Shown: positions 45,810-54,887 of the stretch, piece by piece
How positions within the stretch are numbered: the stretch's first letter is position 1
Layout: each line of letters starts with the position of its first letter
Source of the DNA: Actinomycetota bacterium
GTDB lineage: Bacteria; Actinomycetota; Acidimicrobiia; Spongiisociales; UBA11373
Direction of reading: 5' to 3'
NCBI GenBank assembly: GCA_016870535.1
Contig: VGBK01000001.1
Span: forward strand, 11,311 to 75,310
DNA: 64,000 nucleotides
Notes under the pieces: generated by a model
What the model was told of the DNA's origin: nothing
The model's database searches: none
Seen by the model: only the letters and a program-made list of their open reading frames with translations
Made by a program: the position numbers and the translations under genes

Positions 45810-48149
45810 TCAGCCCCTCCGGGGTCGGCCCCGCCGGCGGAGGCCCCGGGCCAGGCGCGAGGGCCGCAGGCGACGCGCTTGGAAGCCGAGCCAGCCGCGC
45901 ACCTTGCGCAGACGCCGCAAGCGTCGCACTTCCTCCAGGGCGGCGTAGTGCTTCTGCCGGATGGCGGCGTTCTCCTCGAGCAGGGCGTCGTAGGCGGTGC
46001 GGTGGTGTTCCCGCTCGCGCTCCAACTGGGACCTGGCGCGCTCCGCCGCCTGCTGCTGCTGCCGGCGCTCGCTGGAGGTCGTCCACCCGGGGGCGCGGCG
46101 GTGGGCCTGCTTCACCAGGAGCAATCGGCTGCGGCCCTCCGGGTTGAACTCGACGTCCCCCACCAGCCAGTCGGCCTCGAGGGCGGCCAGCTCGATCTCG
46201 TCGAGGTGGTGATGGTGCAGGGGGCCCGTCCGCGCCGAGCCGGCAGCGAGGCGGCCCCAGTGCTTGCGGCGGGGGGAGCGGAGCCCGTCGACCAGCAGGG
46301 CGTCCAGCACCGCCGCCGCATCGGAGGTGGTGCTATCGGCCAGCCGGGAGAACAGGTCCTCCAACCGGGCGAAGGGCAGGGTCTCGGCGACGCCGGTGAG
46401 CAGGGCGTGGGTGTAGCGGACGGCCGGGTCGCCTCCCCGCCACTCGCCGGCGACGGTGAACTCGGCGAGATCGATCTCCGCCGGGTCGACCCCGGCGAGG
46501 AGGGGTTCGCGGGCCGCCCCTTCCGGGATCAGGTCGAGCACCCGGCCCACGGGAGGGAGGGAGGGCGTGAAGGCTTCCCAGAGCCGGGCGCGCCGCTCGA
46601 GGAACCACGGGCCCAGGGTCGGCGGCAGCGCGGCGCTCTCCGGGTCGGGGAGAGAGGCCAAGGCGGCGGCGACTTCGGCCGAGGAGATCACCCGGGGCGC
46701 CTCCACGCCGTCGGCAAGGGCGTTCATGAGGGCGTCGTAGTCCGCCCCCCCGGCTCCTTCCGCCTTCTGGTGACGGAGAGCCGGGTCGAAGAGCGAGGCG
46801 GCGGCAGCCTCGTCCCACGACAGGCCGAGGACTTCGACCAGAGCCCGGGTGCGCGCCAGGATCTCCTCGCTCGGGCCGTCGAAGCCGAGCAGGGGGAAGG
46901 ACAGCGCCCGGTGCAAGGCGGCCAGGCGGGCGAGGTAGAAGTCGGCGATGGCCCGGGCGGCGGCAGGGGCGAGGCCGTTGCGCTTCTCCAGGGAGCGGGC
47001 CACCGCCGCCGGATGGCGCACCACCCCGATGAAGCGCATCGCCGGGACGGCCTCCACCCAGGCCGGCAGCAGGAAGAGGAGTCGGGGGTCCTTCACCCCC
47101 CAGGAGCCGCCGCCGCCGGCCAGGCCGGCGGCCGCCCGACGCAGCAGGGTCAGGTCGGCGGTGCGAGGGTCGAAGCGGTGGGGCGGACAGGTCCAGTCGC
47201 GGTCCTGGCCGAAGAGGATGGCTTCGTGAGCGGCGAGCACGTCCACCGACTCGAAGAAGCCGCGCGGGTTGTCGGGCCCGGCTCCCAGCAGGGTGCCCAG
47301 GTGCAGGCCGGCGTGCCAGAGGAGCCCGGCTACCAGGCTGGTGCCGGAGCGATGGCCGCCCAGGATCAGCAGGGGCGGCGGGGCGCTCTCCGTGCCGGCC
47401 ACCGGGGAGGGAAGCGTCGTGGCGGCGGGGGACTCCTCCCGCAGGGCGGCGGCTCCCAGGGAGACGGCCTCCCTCGCCGGAGGCGCCGGGTCTGCAGCCC
47501 CGTCCGACGGGTCGTCGAAGGAGTACCCGTACCGGGCGCTGGTGTCGGCCGACAGCCGGGCGATCAGGTCGCGGGTGTCGTCGTCGTAGTAGGCCGGGTA
47601 GCGGTCCCGATGGCTGCGGTTGACCGCAGGGCGCTCGAGGAGGTCGGCGCGGAACTCCTCGCTCACCGGGACCCCGGCGTCCGCCAGGAAGGACAGGAAG
47701 TCCTCGCGGAGGGTCTCGAAGCGCCCCATGGTGATCTCCCCCGCACTGAGACTGGCCCCGACCTGATTGCGCAGGTGCAGGGTGAGCAGGTCCATGGCCG
47801 GGCGGGGGGTGTAGAGGCGCCGCATGGTGCCGGCGAAGTCCCCGGCGAAGTCGTCGGAGAGGGCGGCGAAGCAGGGGTTGGCCCGGCGGACCCGTTCGCG
47901 GTGGGCCTCGGGCCGGCCGGAGCCGATGAGGTAGTGGTACCAGGAGACGTGCCAGTCCCACGGGTTGCGCACCAGCGAGAAGCGGGGCAGGTGGCGGTAC
48001 TCGGTCGGGATCTCGGTGTCGACGCCGTGCTTGGCAATGTCGGTGGAGACGATCCAGTCGCCGGGGAGGTGCCGGGCGCAGGCCTGGCGGAGGAACTCCC
48101 CCCCGGTCTTGGGGATGTGCACGAAGACGAACTGCTTCGTGATCAGCAT
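45810..48149 (-). CDS. Two-domain sulfotransferase-family protein with a C-terminal coiled-coil
   Basis: Domain 1: FVFVHIPKTGGEF...FSLVRNPWDWHVSWYHY. Domain 2: LLILGGHRSGTSLVAGLL...NPRGFFES...VKDPRLLFLLPAW, with PAPS-binding 5'PSB/3'PB-like motifs. The C-terminus is RRQQQQAAERARSQLEREREHHRTAYDALLEENAAIRQKHYAALEEVRRL. Start taken as the ATG at 48149. Confidence 0.7.
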   Translation of the reverse strand: MLITKQFVFVHIPKTGGEFLRQACARHLPGDWIVSTDIAKHGVDTEIPTEYRHLPRFSLVRNPWDWHVSWYHYLIGSGRPEAHRERVRRANPCFAALSDDFAGDFAGTMRRLYTPRPAMDLLTLHLRNQVGASLSAGEITMGRFETLREDFLSFLADAGVPVSEEFRADLLERPAVNRSHRDRYPAYYDDDTRDLIARLSADTSARYGYSFDDPSDGAADPAPPAREAVSLGAAALREESPAATTLPSPVAGTESAPPPLLILGGHRSGTSLVAGLLWHAGLHLGTLLGAGPDNPRGFFESVDVLAAHEAILFGQDRDWTCPPHRFDPRTADLTLLRRAAAGLAGGGGSWGVKDPRLLFLLPAWVEAVPAMRFIGVVRHPAAVARSLEKRNGLAPAAARAIADFYLARLAALHRALSFPLLGFDGPSEEILARTRALVEVLGLSWDEAAAASLFDPALRHQKAEGAGGADYDALMNALADGVEAPRVISSAEVAAALASLPDPESAALPPTLGPWFLERRARLWEAFTPSLPPVGRVLDLIPEGAAREPLLAGVDPAEIDLAEFTVAGEWRGGDPAVRYTHALLTGVAETLPFARLEDLFSRLADSTTSDAAAVLDALLVDGLRSPRRKHWGRLAAGSARTGPLHHHHLDEIELAALEADWLVGDVEFNPEGRSRLLLVKQAHRRAPGWTTSSERRQQQQAAERARSQLEREREHHRTAYDALLEENAAIRQKHYAALEEVRRLRRLRKVRGWLGFQARRLRPSRLARGLRRRGRPRRG

Positions 48150-48198
48150 GGGCCGTCCCCGTCCCGCAGCCGCAGCCGCCGCCGCGGCGGCGACGGCA

Positions 48199-49089
48199 TC
48201 ACCGCTCCTCGCCTGCCGGGGCCGGTACCGGGTAGCCCCGCCCGGCAAGGAACGGCCCCAGGGCATCGTGGATGGCGGCGATCTCTGCCGGGTCCAACTC
48301 CTCCTGCCACCCCCCCACCCGGGCGGTCCGTACGAAGCGGCCGGGGCCCTTGCGCTCTTCGGGGATGCGCTCGTAGGCGTGCCGCTCCACGGCCTGCCGC
48401 AGATCGTCCTCCCTGCAGGGCAGGCGGAGCGTTTCCGCCAGGCAGCGCATCTCGGTCAGGGTATCGGTGCGCAGGCGCTCGTAGCGCATCTCGAAGTACC
48501 GTCCGGCGGCCACCGTTTCGAGGTCGTCGAGGAGGCCGGCGATGCGCTCGAAGCGGCGGATGGACTGGCGGACCACCCGGCCCCGGTCGAACTCCTCGGT
48601 GAGCCGTTCGTGCATCCAGGATCCGGGCTTGCGGGCATCGATGAGGGAGGCGATGACGTCGCGCGGGTCGCGCAGCATGAAGACCACCCTCGCCCGCGGC
48701 ATGGCCTGGAGGATCAGGGGAGCCACCACGGTGCCGTTGGGCTCCTTGATGGCCAGGCCGGCGAAGCCTCGGGCCCGGCCTCCCTGGCGGGCGATGACGT
48801 CGGTGAAGAAGGCGTGCAGCGAGGCGCGCCAATTGGCCTCCTGGGGATGGGACATCCAGAAGGTGGGGTCCTCGAAGCGTCGTGGTTCGTTCTCCCGCAG
48901 GGTGTTGGTGAAGGCCAGGAACTGCCCCAGGTACGGCTCGTTCCAGAGCTTCAGGTGGAGGCCGTCGGTAAGCAACTGGGCCAGCCAGGTGGTGCCCGAC
49001 CGGGGGTGGCCGAAGATCCAGACGACCCGATCCTCGGCGAAGCCGCCCCGGGGGGCGGGAGGGAACGACACGGTGGAGCCTTTCAGCAC
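48199..49089 (-). CDS. Sulfotransferase-family protein
   Basis: VVWIFGHPRSGTTWLAQLL (5'-PSB P-loop) ... RVVFMLRDPRDVIASL (3'-PB) ... It lies upstream of, and is co-oriented with, the two-domain sulfotransferase and the glycosyltransferase. Confidence 0.75.
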   Translation of the reverse strand: MLKGSTVSFPPAPRGGFAEDRVVWIFGHPRSGTTWLAQLLTDGLHLKLWNEPYLGQFLAFTNTLRENEPRRFEDPTFWMSHPQEANWRASLHAFFTDVIARQGGRARGFAGLAIKEPNGTVVAPLILQAMPRARVVFMLRDPRDVIASLIDARKPGSWMHERLTEEFDRGRVVRQSIRRFERIAGLLDDLETVAAGRYFEMRYERLRTDTLTEMRCLAETLRLPCREDDLRQAVERHAYERIPEERKGPGRFVRTARVGGWQEELDPAEIAAIHDALGPFLAGRGYPVPAPAGEER

Positions 49090-49187
49090 GGCGGCGGATG
49101 ATGACGCAGAGCCTGGGACGGCCGAAGCCTAGTCGGTGGCGCCCTGGATCCCGGCGAGAAGGCGTCCGGCCTCCTAGATTTGCCGAC

Positions 49188-49634
49188 GTGAAGTTCTTCG
49201 CCGTGGGAGTGCAGCCGGTGGGCTTCATCGCTCTGGGGGCTCTGCCCACCGGGGTGATCGCCCTGGGGCAGGGCGCCACGGGGGTAGTGGCGGTCGGCCA
49301 ACTGGCGCGCGGGGTGGTGGCGGTGGGCCAGTTGAGCCTGGGGGTCTTCGCCCTGGGCCAGTTGTCCGCCGGCGCGGTGTGGGCCGGGGGGCAACTGGCC
49401 ATTGGGGGGACGCAGGGTTTCGCCATGCTGGGCTGGGGTCTGCTGGGCGACTGGGTGCCCTGGCGGCGGGCGGCGCCGCGGCTGCGTCCGGCCGCCGGGC
49501 TGTGGACGGCGGCGCTGCGAGCGGTGGTGCTGGCCGGCGTGGTGGTCCTGGTGGCCTGGCTGGCCATCGCTCCGGTGGTCGATGCCCTGGTCCGGCCGGG
49601 CGGAGTCTTCGTGCCCCTGCCGGGCCCCCGTTGA
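49188..49634 (+). CDS. Small membrane protein with five tandem 10-aa Gly-rich repeats
   Basis: The GTG at 49188 gives VKFFAVGVQPVGFIALGALPTGVIALGQGATGVVAVGQLARGVVAVGQLSLGVFALGQLSAGAVWAGGQLAIGG, then two transmembrane helices. The 30-nt repeats are visible in the DNA. Confidence 0.4.
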   Translation: MKFFAVGVQPVGFIALGALPTGVIALGQGATGVVAVGQLARGVVAVGQLSLGVFALGQLSAGAVWAGGQLAIGGTQGFAMLGWGLLGDWVPWRRAAPRLRPAAGLWTAALRAVVLAGVVVLVAWLAIAPVVDALVRPGGVFVPLPGPR

Positions 49635-49661
49635 CGCCCGGGGTCTCTTCCGCCGCCGGGG

Positions 49662-50258
49662 CTACGGCGCGGAGGTGAGCACCCGAACCAGCAGGAGCTT
49701 GGCGCCCACTTCGCCCGTGATCTTGATGCGCAGGCGGTTCCCGGCCCCGGCGGCTCGAAGCTCGAACAGGGCAACCCCCTGCGAGTCGGCCTTCACGAAC
49801 TTCCCTACGTCGCCCCACCCGTCATCGGTGCGTTCCTGTAGGAAGCCACCCGCCTTCTCGTCGCCGGCCTTGAAATGCACCTCCACGGCGAAGCCGCTGC
49901 TGCGCCTCAGCCCGGGCATGACCAGGAAGGCGGGCTGCTCGGCCTTCACCAGGGCGTCGCCCTCGACGACCAGTCCCGTGCTGGCTTCGGCCAGTTCGGC
50001 CAGCGTGAAGCCGAGGCCGGCGGCGGTGGTGGTGCTGGCCTCGGTGGTGGTGCTGGCCTCGGTGGTGGTGGTGCCGGCCTCGGTGGTGGTAGTGAGGACG
50101 GCGGACGTGGTGGTGGGCCCGGTGGTGGAGGTGGCCGGGGTGGCGTCGCCCCCGCAGGCGGTCGCGGCCAGGGCAGCGAGGGCGGTCAGGGTCAGGAGTC
50201 GGCTGCGGAGCGGCAAGATGACCTCCAGGGGTGCCACGGGCCGGTGCCGCCCCGGCAT
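49662..50258 (-). CDS. Lipoprotein with a Thr-rich linker, function unknown
   Basis: Signal peptide plus lipobox LTLTALAALAATAC|GG. A TSTTGPTTTSAVLTTTTEAGTTTTEASTTTEASTTT linker is followed by a roughly 110-aa beta-rich domain. Confidence 0.45.
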   Translation of the reverse strand: MPGRHRPVAPLEVILPLRSRLLTLTALAALAATACGGDATPATSTTGPTTTSAVLTTTTEAGTTTTEASTTTEASTTTAAGLGFTLAELAEASTGLVVEGDALVKAEQPAFLVMPGLRRSSGFAVEVHFKAGDEKAGGFLQERTDDGWGDVGKFVKADSQGVALFELRAAGAGNRLRIKITGEVGAKLLLVRVLTSAP

Positions 50259-50357
50259 CCCGGGGACGAGGCGCGACCAGATCCGATGCTGTCGGCATCG
50301 ACGTTAGACCCGTGAGGCAGTTCTTCTACCCGGCAGCCTTCGGCGCGGGGGGTTCGC

Positions 50358-51563
50358 TCAGGGGCCGGCCACCTCCCACACCGTGCCGGCCGGGGTGTCG
50401 TGCACTTCGACGGCCATCGACAGCAGGGCGCGACGAATGGCGTCGGCGTCGGCCCAGCGGCCGGCGGCGCGCGCCCGGGAGCGTACCTCCAGCAGCGAGT
50501 CGACCACCGCCGCCCGCCCTTCTGGGGTGGGGGCCGCCCCGGCCAGGGCGGCATTGAAGCGGGTCACCATGCCCCGCAGCACCGTGTGGGCCCGGGCCGC
50601 GTCTTGCTCGTCCCACTGCTCGTGGGCGTCCTCCAGGGCCAGGATGGCATCGAGGGCCCGCTGCCGGTCACCGGCCGCGACCGCAGCGGCGAAGGCGGTC
50701 TCCAGGGCGGCCGAGTCCGATCCGGTGGCCGGTGTGCCCGGCATTGCGACGGGGGCGGCTTCGTTCTCCCGGGGTTGGGGGCGCAGCCGCCCTAAAGGGA
50801 AGGCGTCTCCGGCCGCCAGGACCGTGGTCTCGCCTGCAGCCACCAGAGTCACCGTTCCCTTCCCCCACACCTCTCCTCGCCACGCCTCGGCGTCGAGCAC
50901 CACGGCGGTGTGCTCGTCGACGCCGATGACAGTCGTCTCGGCGGGGAGTTGCTCCACCAATCCGGTGAAGCGCGGCACCCCGAGCCAGCAGCGGCTGGTG
51001 TCGTGGGTGCCTCCCTCGGCGTTGTCCCAGTGGGGCACCACCGCAGCGGGGAGGCCCAGTGCCCCGAGCACGTCGAGGCCCTCGAGCCAGCACGGATCGG
51101 CTCCCACCTTGTAGATCTCATAGACCGGCAAAGAGAAGCGGCCCAGGGTGATCGACGCCGCCGAAGCCATGGTCACCGCGCCTCCGGCCGCCGCCTTGTC
51201 GGCCAGGATGTCCGGGACGGGGGTCCCCTTCCAGACGCGCAGGGCGTAGGAGGGGCTCCCCGGGCCGGAGAAGACCACGTCGGCCTGCCGCAGGGTGTCG
51301 AGGGCTTGTTCTCGGCGGGCGGGCGGTGTCGCTGGGGAGCGGAGGGAGGCCACCTCGACCCGGGCCATGGGGAGGCTGGTGCGGAAGAACTCCCGGGCTC
51401 GGGCGGTGAGTTCGTCGGCGTTCTCCTGGAAGCCGTAGGGGGTGTCGAGGATCGCCACCCGGGCACGTCCGGGGAACCGCTCGAAGACGGCCCGGTGCAC
51501 CGGGACCATGGTGGCGGTGGTCTCCCCCGATCCCATGATGGTGAGCAGGCGCGGCGGGGTCAT
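50358..51563 (-). CDS. Hypothetical protein, possible peptidase S51 / class-I glutamine-amidotransferase-like fold with a C-terminal helical domain
   Basis: N-terminus LLTIMGSGETTATMVPVHRAVFERF...VAILDTPYGF...GGAVTMASAASITLG resembles the cyanophycinase/dipeptidase-E architecture. The C-terminal roughly 120 aa are helical. The assignment is weak. Confidence 0.35.
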   Translation of the reverse strand: MTPPRLLTIMGSGETTATMVPVHRAVFERFPGRARVAILDTPYGFQENADELTARAREFFRTSLPMARVEVASLRSPATPPARREQALDTLRQADVVFSGPGSPSYALRVWKGTPVPDILADKAAAGGAVTMASAASITLGRFSLPVYEIYKVGADPCWLEGLDVLGALGLPAAVVPHWDNAEGGTHDTSRCWLGVPRFTGLVEQLPAETTVIGVDEHTAVVLDAEAWRGEVWGKGTVTLVAAGETTVLAAGDAFPLGRLRPQPRENEAAPVAMPGTPATGSDSAALETAFAAAVAAGDRQRALDAILALEDAHEQWDEQDAARAHTVLRGMVTRFNAALAGAAPTPEGRAAVVDSLLEVRSRARAAGRWADADAIRRALLSMAVEVHDTPAGTVWEVAGP

Positions 51564-51687
51564 GGTGACGGCCGGAGATTACGCCGGGGGAGCCGACAAG
51601 GGCGACGAGTCGCCCTCCGCCCGCAGGCGAGCCGCCGGGGCGCGTAGCGACTAGCGTCGATCCGCCGATCCGACCGGAGGAAGCCCC

Positions 51688-53361
51688 GTGCCCCAGGACA
51701 TCTTCGCCCTCTGCGATTCCCTCGTCGATGAGACCGCAGCCCTATCGCCCACCCTGGCCACCATGGCGGGGATCCGGGGCTACGACCATCTCTGGGACGA
51801 TTTCAGCACCGCGGGCTACGAGCACCGACGCGCCGCCCTGCAGGACCAGGCGGCGCGGGTGCGGGCGGCCTCCAGCGGCGGGGACCCGTGGGGGGCCCTG
51901 GCCGCCGAAGTGGCCGTCGCCGCCATAGAGGACGAACTGACCGTCTTCGGCGCCTCCGAGCACCTGCGCGACCTCAACAACATCGACTCCACGCTGCAGC
52001 ACCTGCGCGACGTGTTCGAGCACATGGGCAAGGCATCCCGGGAAGACTGGGAGGCGGTGGCGTCACGGCTCGAAGGGCTGCCGGCGGCGGCCGCGGCCTA
52101 CCGCGAGCGCCTGGAGGACGGGCGGCGACGGGGCCTGGCGGTGGCCCGCCGCCAGGCGGTGGAAGGGGCGCGTCAGGCCCGGCACGCCGCGGGGGAGGCT
52201 TCGTCGCTGCGCCGCCTCGCCGCCGAGTGGGAGGCGGCGGGCCTCGGCGATGATGCGCTGGGCAGCAGGGTGGCCGAAGGCGTCGACCGGGCCCGGGCGG
52301 CCTTCGGCGAGATCGCCGCGTACCTGGAGCGGGACTACCTGCCCGACGCGGCGGAGGCCGACGCTGTGGGGGAGGAGCGCTACTCCCGCCTGGCCCGCCG
52401 GTTCCTGGGGTCGGCCCCCGACCTGCGGGAGACCTATGCCTGGGGTTGGGAGGAGGTGGGCCGCCTGCTGCGGCGGATGGACGAGACGGCGGCTGCCATC
52501 CGTCCCGGAGCCTCGCGGCCCGAGGCGTTCCGCCTGCTGGCGGAGGATCCGGAGCGCGCCGCGGGTTCCCCGGAGGAGTTCCGGGCCTTGATGCAGAGCC
52601 GCCAGGAGACGGCTCTGGCCGACCTGCAGGGGACGCACTTCGACGTGCCCGAGCCGATCCGGCGGGTGGAGGTCAAGCTGGCGCCTCCCGGCGGGGCCCT
52701 GGGGGCCTTCTACGTGGGGCCCAGCGAGGACTTCGCCCGGCCGGGGACGGTCTGGTTCGCCATCGGGGAGCAGCAGGTGATCCCCCTTTTCGACCAGGTG
52801 ACCACCGACTACCACGAGGGGTTCCCGGGCCATCACCTGCAGTGCGGTGTCCAGATGGTCTCGCCGGCGCGGCTCAGCCGCTACCAGAAGATGCTGGTGT
52901 GGTACCCGGGGAGCGGCGAGGGCTGGGCCCTCTACGCCGAGGACATCATGGAGGAACTGGGCTACCTGGAGAAGCCCGACTACCTCATGGGGAAACTGGC
53001 CGGAGAGATGCTGCGGGCCTGCCGGGTGGTCATCGACATCGGCTCACACCTGGGTCTCCGCCTACCCGGGGGCCAGGCCTTTCACCCGGGGGAGGAGTGG
53101 CGCTTCGAGACCGCAGTGGAGATGCTCGTTGACTACGCCGCTCAGGCGCCGGAGGTGGCCGAGTCCGAGGTGATCCGCTACCTCGGCTGGCCGGGCCAGG
53201 CCATCGCCTACAAGGTGGGCCAGCAGGCCATCCGCAACCTGCGGGCCGAGGCGGAGCGGCGGCACGGCGCCGCCTTCGACCGCAAGGCGTTCCACGGCCG
53301 TCTGCTGGAGATCGGCGCGGTGGGCCTCGACGTGCTGCGCCGCCACCTGGCGGACTTCTAG
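51688..53361 (+). CDS. DUF885-family protein
   Basis: 557 aa with the conserved HEGFPGHHLQ motif (HEGxPGHH) and the overall DUF885 layout. GTG start. Confidence 0.65.
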   Translation: MPQDIFALCDSLVDETAALSPTLATMAGIRGYDHLWDDFSTAGYEHRRAALQDQAARVRAASSGGDPWGALAAEVAVAAIEDELTVFGASEHLRDLNNIDSTLQHLRDVFEHMGKASREDWEAVASRLEGLPAAAAAYRERLEDGRRRGLAVARRQAVEGARQARHAAGEASSLRRLAAEWEAAGLGDDALGSRVAEGVDRARAAFGEIAAYLERDYLPDAAEADAVGEERYSRLARRFLGSAPDLRETYAWGWEEVGRLLRRMDETAAAIRPGASRPEAFRLLAEDPERAAGSPEEFRALMQSRQETALADLQGTHFDVPEPIRRVEVKLAPPGGALGAFYVGPSEDFARPGTVWFAIGEQQVIPLFDQVTTDYHEGFPGHHLQCGVQMVSPARLSRYQKMLVWYPGSGEGWALYAEDIMEELGYLEKPDYLMGKLAGEMLRACRVVIDIGSHLGLRLPGGQAFHPGEEWRFETAVEMLVDYAAQAPEVAESEVIRYLGWPGQAIAYKVGQQAIRNLRAEAERRHGAAFDRKAFHGRLLEIGAVGLDVLRRHLADF

Positions 53362-53379
53362 GGAGGGGACGGGAGGGCC

Positions 53380-54662
53380 GTGGCCGCGTTCGTCGAGCCT
53401 CGCCGTCTGCCCCGGGTGCTGGGCCTGGGCCATGCCGTGCTGCTCGGCCTCGGTTCCATCGTCGGCACCGGGGTTTTCGTCAGCATCGGCGTGGCTGCGG
53501 GGATCACCGGCCCATCGGTGGTGCTCGCGGTGGTGCTGGCCGCCGGGGTGGCGGCGGCCAACGGCCTGAGCAGTGCCCAGTTGGCTGCGGCCCATCCGGT
53601 GAGCGGGGGGACGTACGAGTACGGGTACCGATACCTCGGGCGGCACTTCGGGTTCCTCGCCGGATGGGTTTTCCTGGCGGCGAAGGCGGCTTCGGCGGCT
53701 ACACCGCTCTCGTTCTGGGGCTGGGGGCCGGGACCTGGTCCCGGGTGGGGCTGGGGTTGGGGGCGGTGGCGGTGCTCACGGGCGTGGTGCTGACCGGAGC
53801 GCGGCTCTCGGCGGCGGCCAACGCGGTGATGGTGGCGGTGACCCTGGGAACCCTGCTCTTCTTCTCGGGGGCGGCGGCGGCGGCGACGCAGCCCTCCAAC
53901 TTCGCCCCGTTCTTCTCGGGGGGAGGGGCCGGCCTGCTCGAGGCGACCGCTCTCATGTTCGTGGCCTACACCGGGTACGGGCGCATCGCCACCCTGGGGG
54001 AGGAGGTGCGGGAGCCCCGCCGCACGATCCCGCGGGCCATCGTGATCACTCTGCTGGCCACCCTGGGCCTCTACGCCTTGGTGGCGAGCACGGGGGTGGG
54101 TGCGGTCGGAGCCTCCGGGCTGGCGGCGGCGGGGAAGACTGCGGCCCCGTTGGAGGTGGTGGGGCGGGACCTGGCCCTGCCGGGAGTGGACCGGGTGGTG
54201 GCAGTGGGCGCGGTGACTGCCATGGTCGGGGTGCTGCTGAACCTGTTGCTGGGGCTGTCGCGGGTAGCGCTGGCGATGGGCCGCCGTGGCGACCTTCCGG
54301 CCCCAACGGCCCGACTGGACCGGGCTGGCCGAACCCCGGCGGTTGCGGTGGTCGCGGTGGCGGTGCTCATCGGCGCCCTGGTGACGGTGGGCGACGTGCG
54401 CACCACCTGGTCGTTCAGCGCGTTCACCGTGCTCGTGTACTACGCGGTGACCAACCTGGCGGCGCTGCGCCTCCCCATAGCGGAGCGTCGCTTCCCCCGC
54501 TGGGTGGCGGCGGCCGGCCTGGTCGCCTGCCTCTCGCTGGCCTTCTTCGTGGACCGGGCGGTGTGGCTGGCGGGCCTGGCGCTCATCGCGGTGGGAATGG
54601 CCGGCCACGAGGTGGCCTTCCGCCGGCGGCGCAGTCGCGGCGCCTCCCTCTCTCGACCCTGA
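53380..54662 (+). pseudogene. APC-family amino-acid permease interrupted by a frameshift (pseudogene or sequencing error)
   Basis: ORF 53380..53793 carries the N-terminal transmembrane helices (LGLGSIVGTGVFVSIGVAAG...YEYGYRYLGRHFGFLAGWVFLAAKAASAA). ORF 53664..54662, in the +1 frame, continues the same permease (ALVLGLGAGTW...FVAYTGYGRIATLGEEVREPRRTIPRAI...). The frame change falls at about 53698-53712, in a G-rich tract. Confidence 0.6.
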
Positions 54663-54887
54663 GCGAATCGCGGCGGCGCGCCCCTTCAGGAGAAACGGCC
54701 GCCGGCCGGGGACCCTGCGGCGTTGCGGATCTCGGGCCGGCTGCACCGACTCACCCCAACGCCCTGCAGCGCCGCCGCCTCAGCCGCCTTCTGGCTGGGT
54801 CCACCCCTGCCGGAGTCCGGCCTCCGCCGAGCCCCTCGTCCGTCTGATGGGCTTGCTCGCTCGGTCGTTTCGGCCTACAAAGGCAGC

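Noticed and set aside
45879-48602. 907-aa plus-strand ORF and a 542-aa minus-strand ORF (46333-47961)
   Set aside because: They are alternative-frame or antisense readings of the sulfotransferase genes. Only the 45810-48149 and 48199-49089 minus-strand frames carry PAPS-binding motifs.
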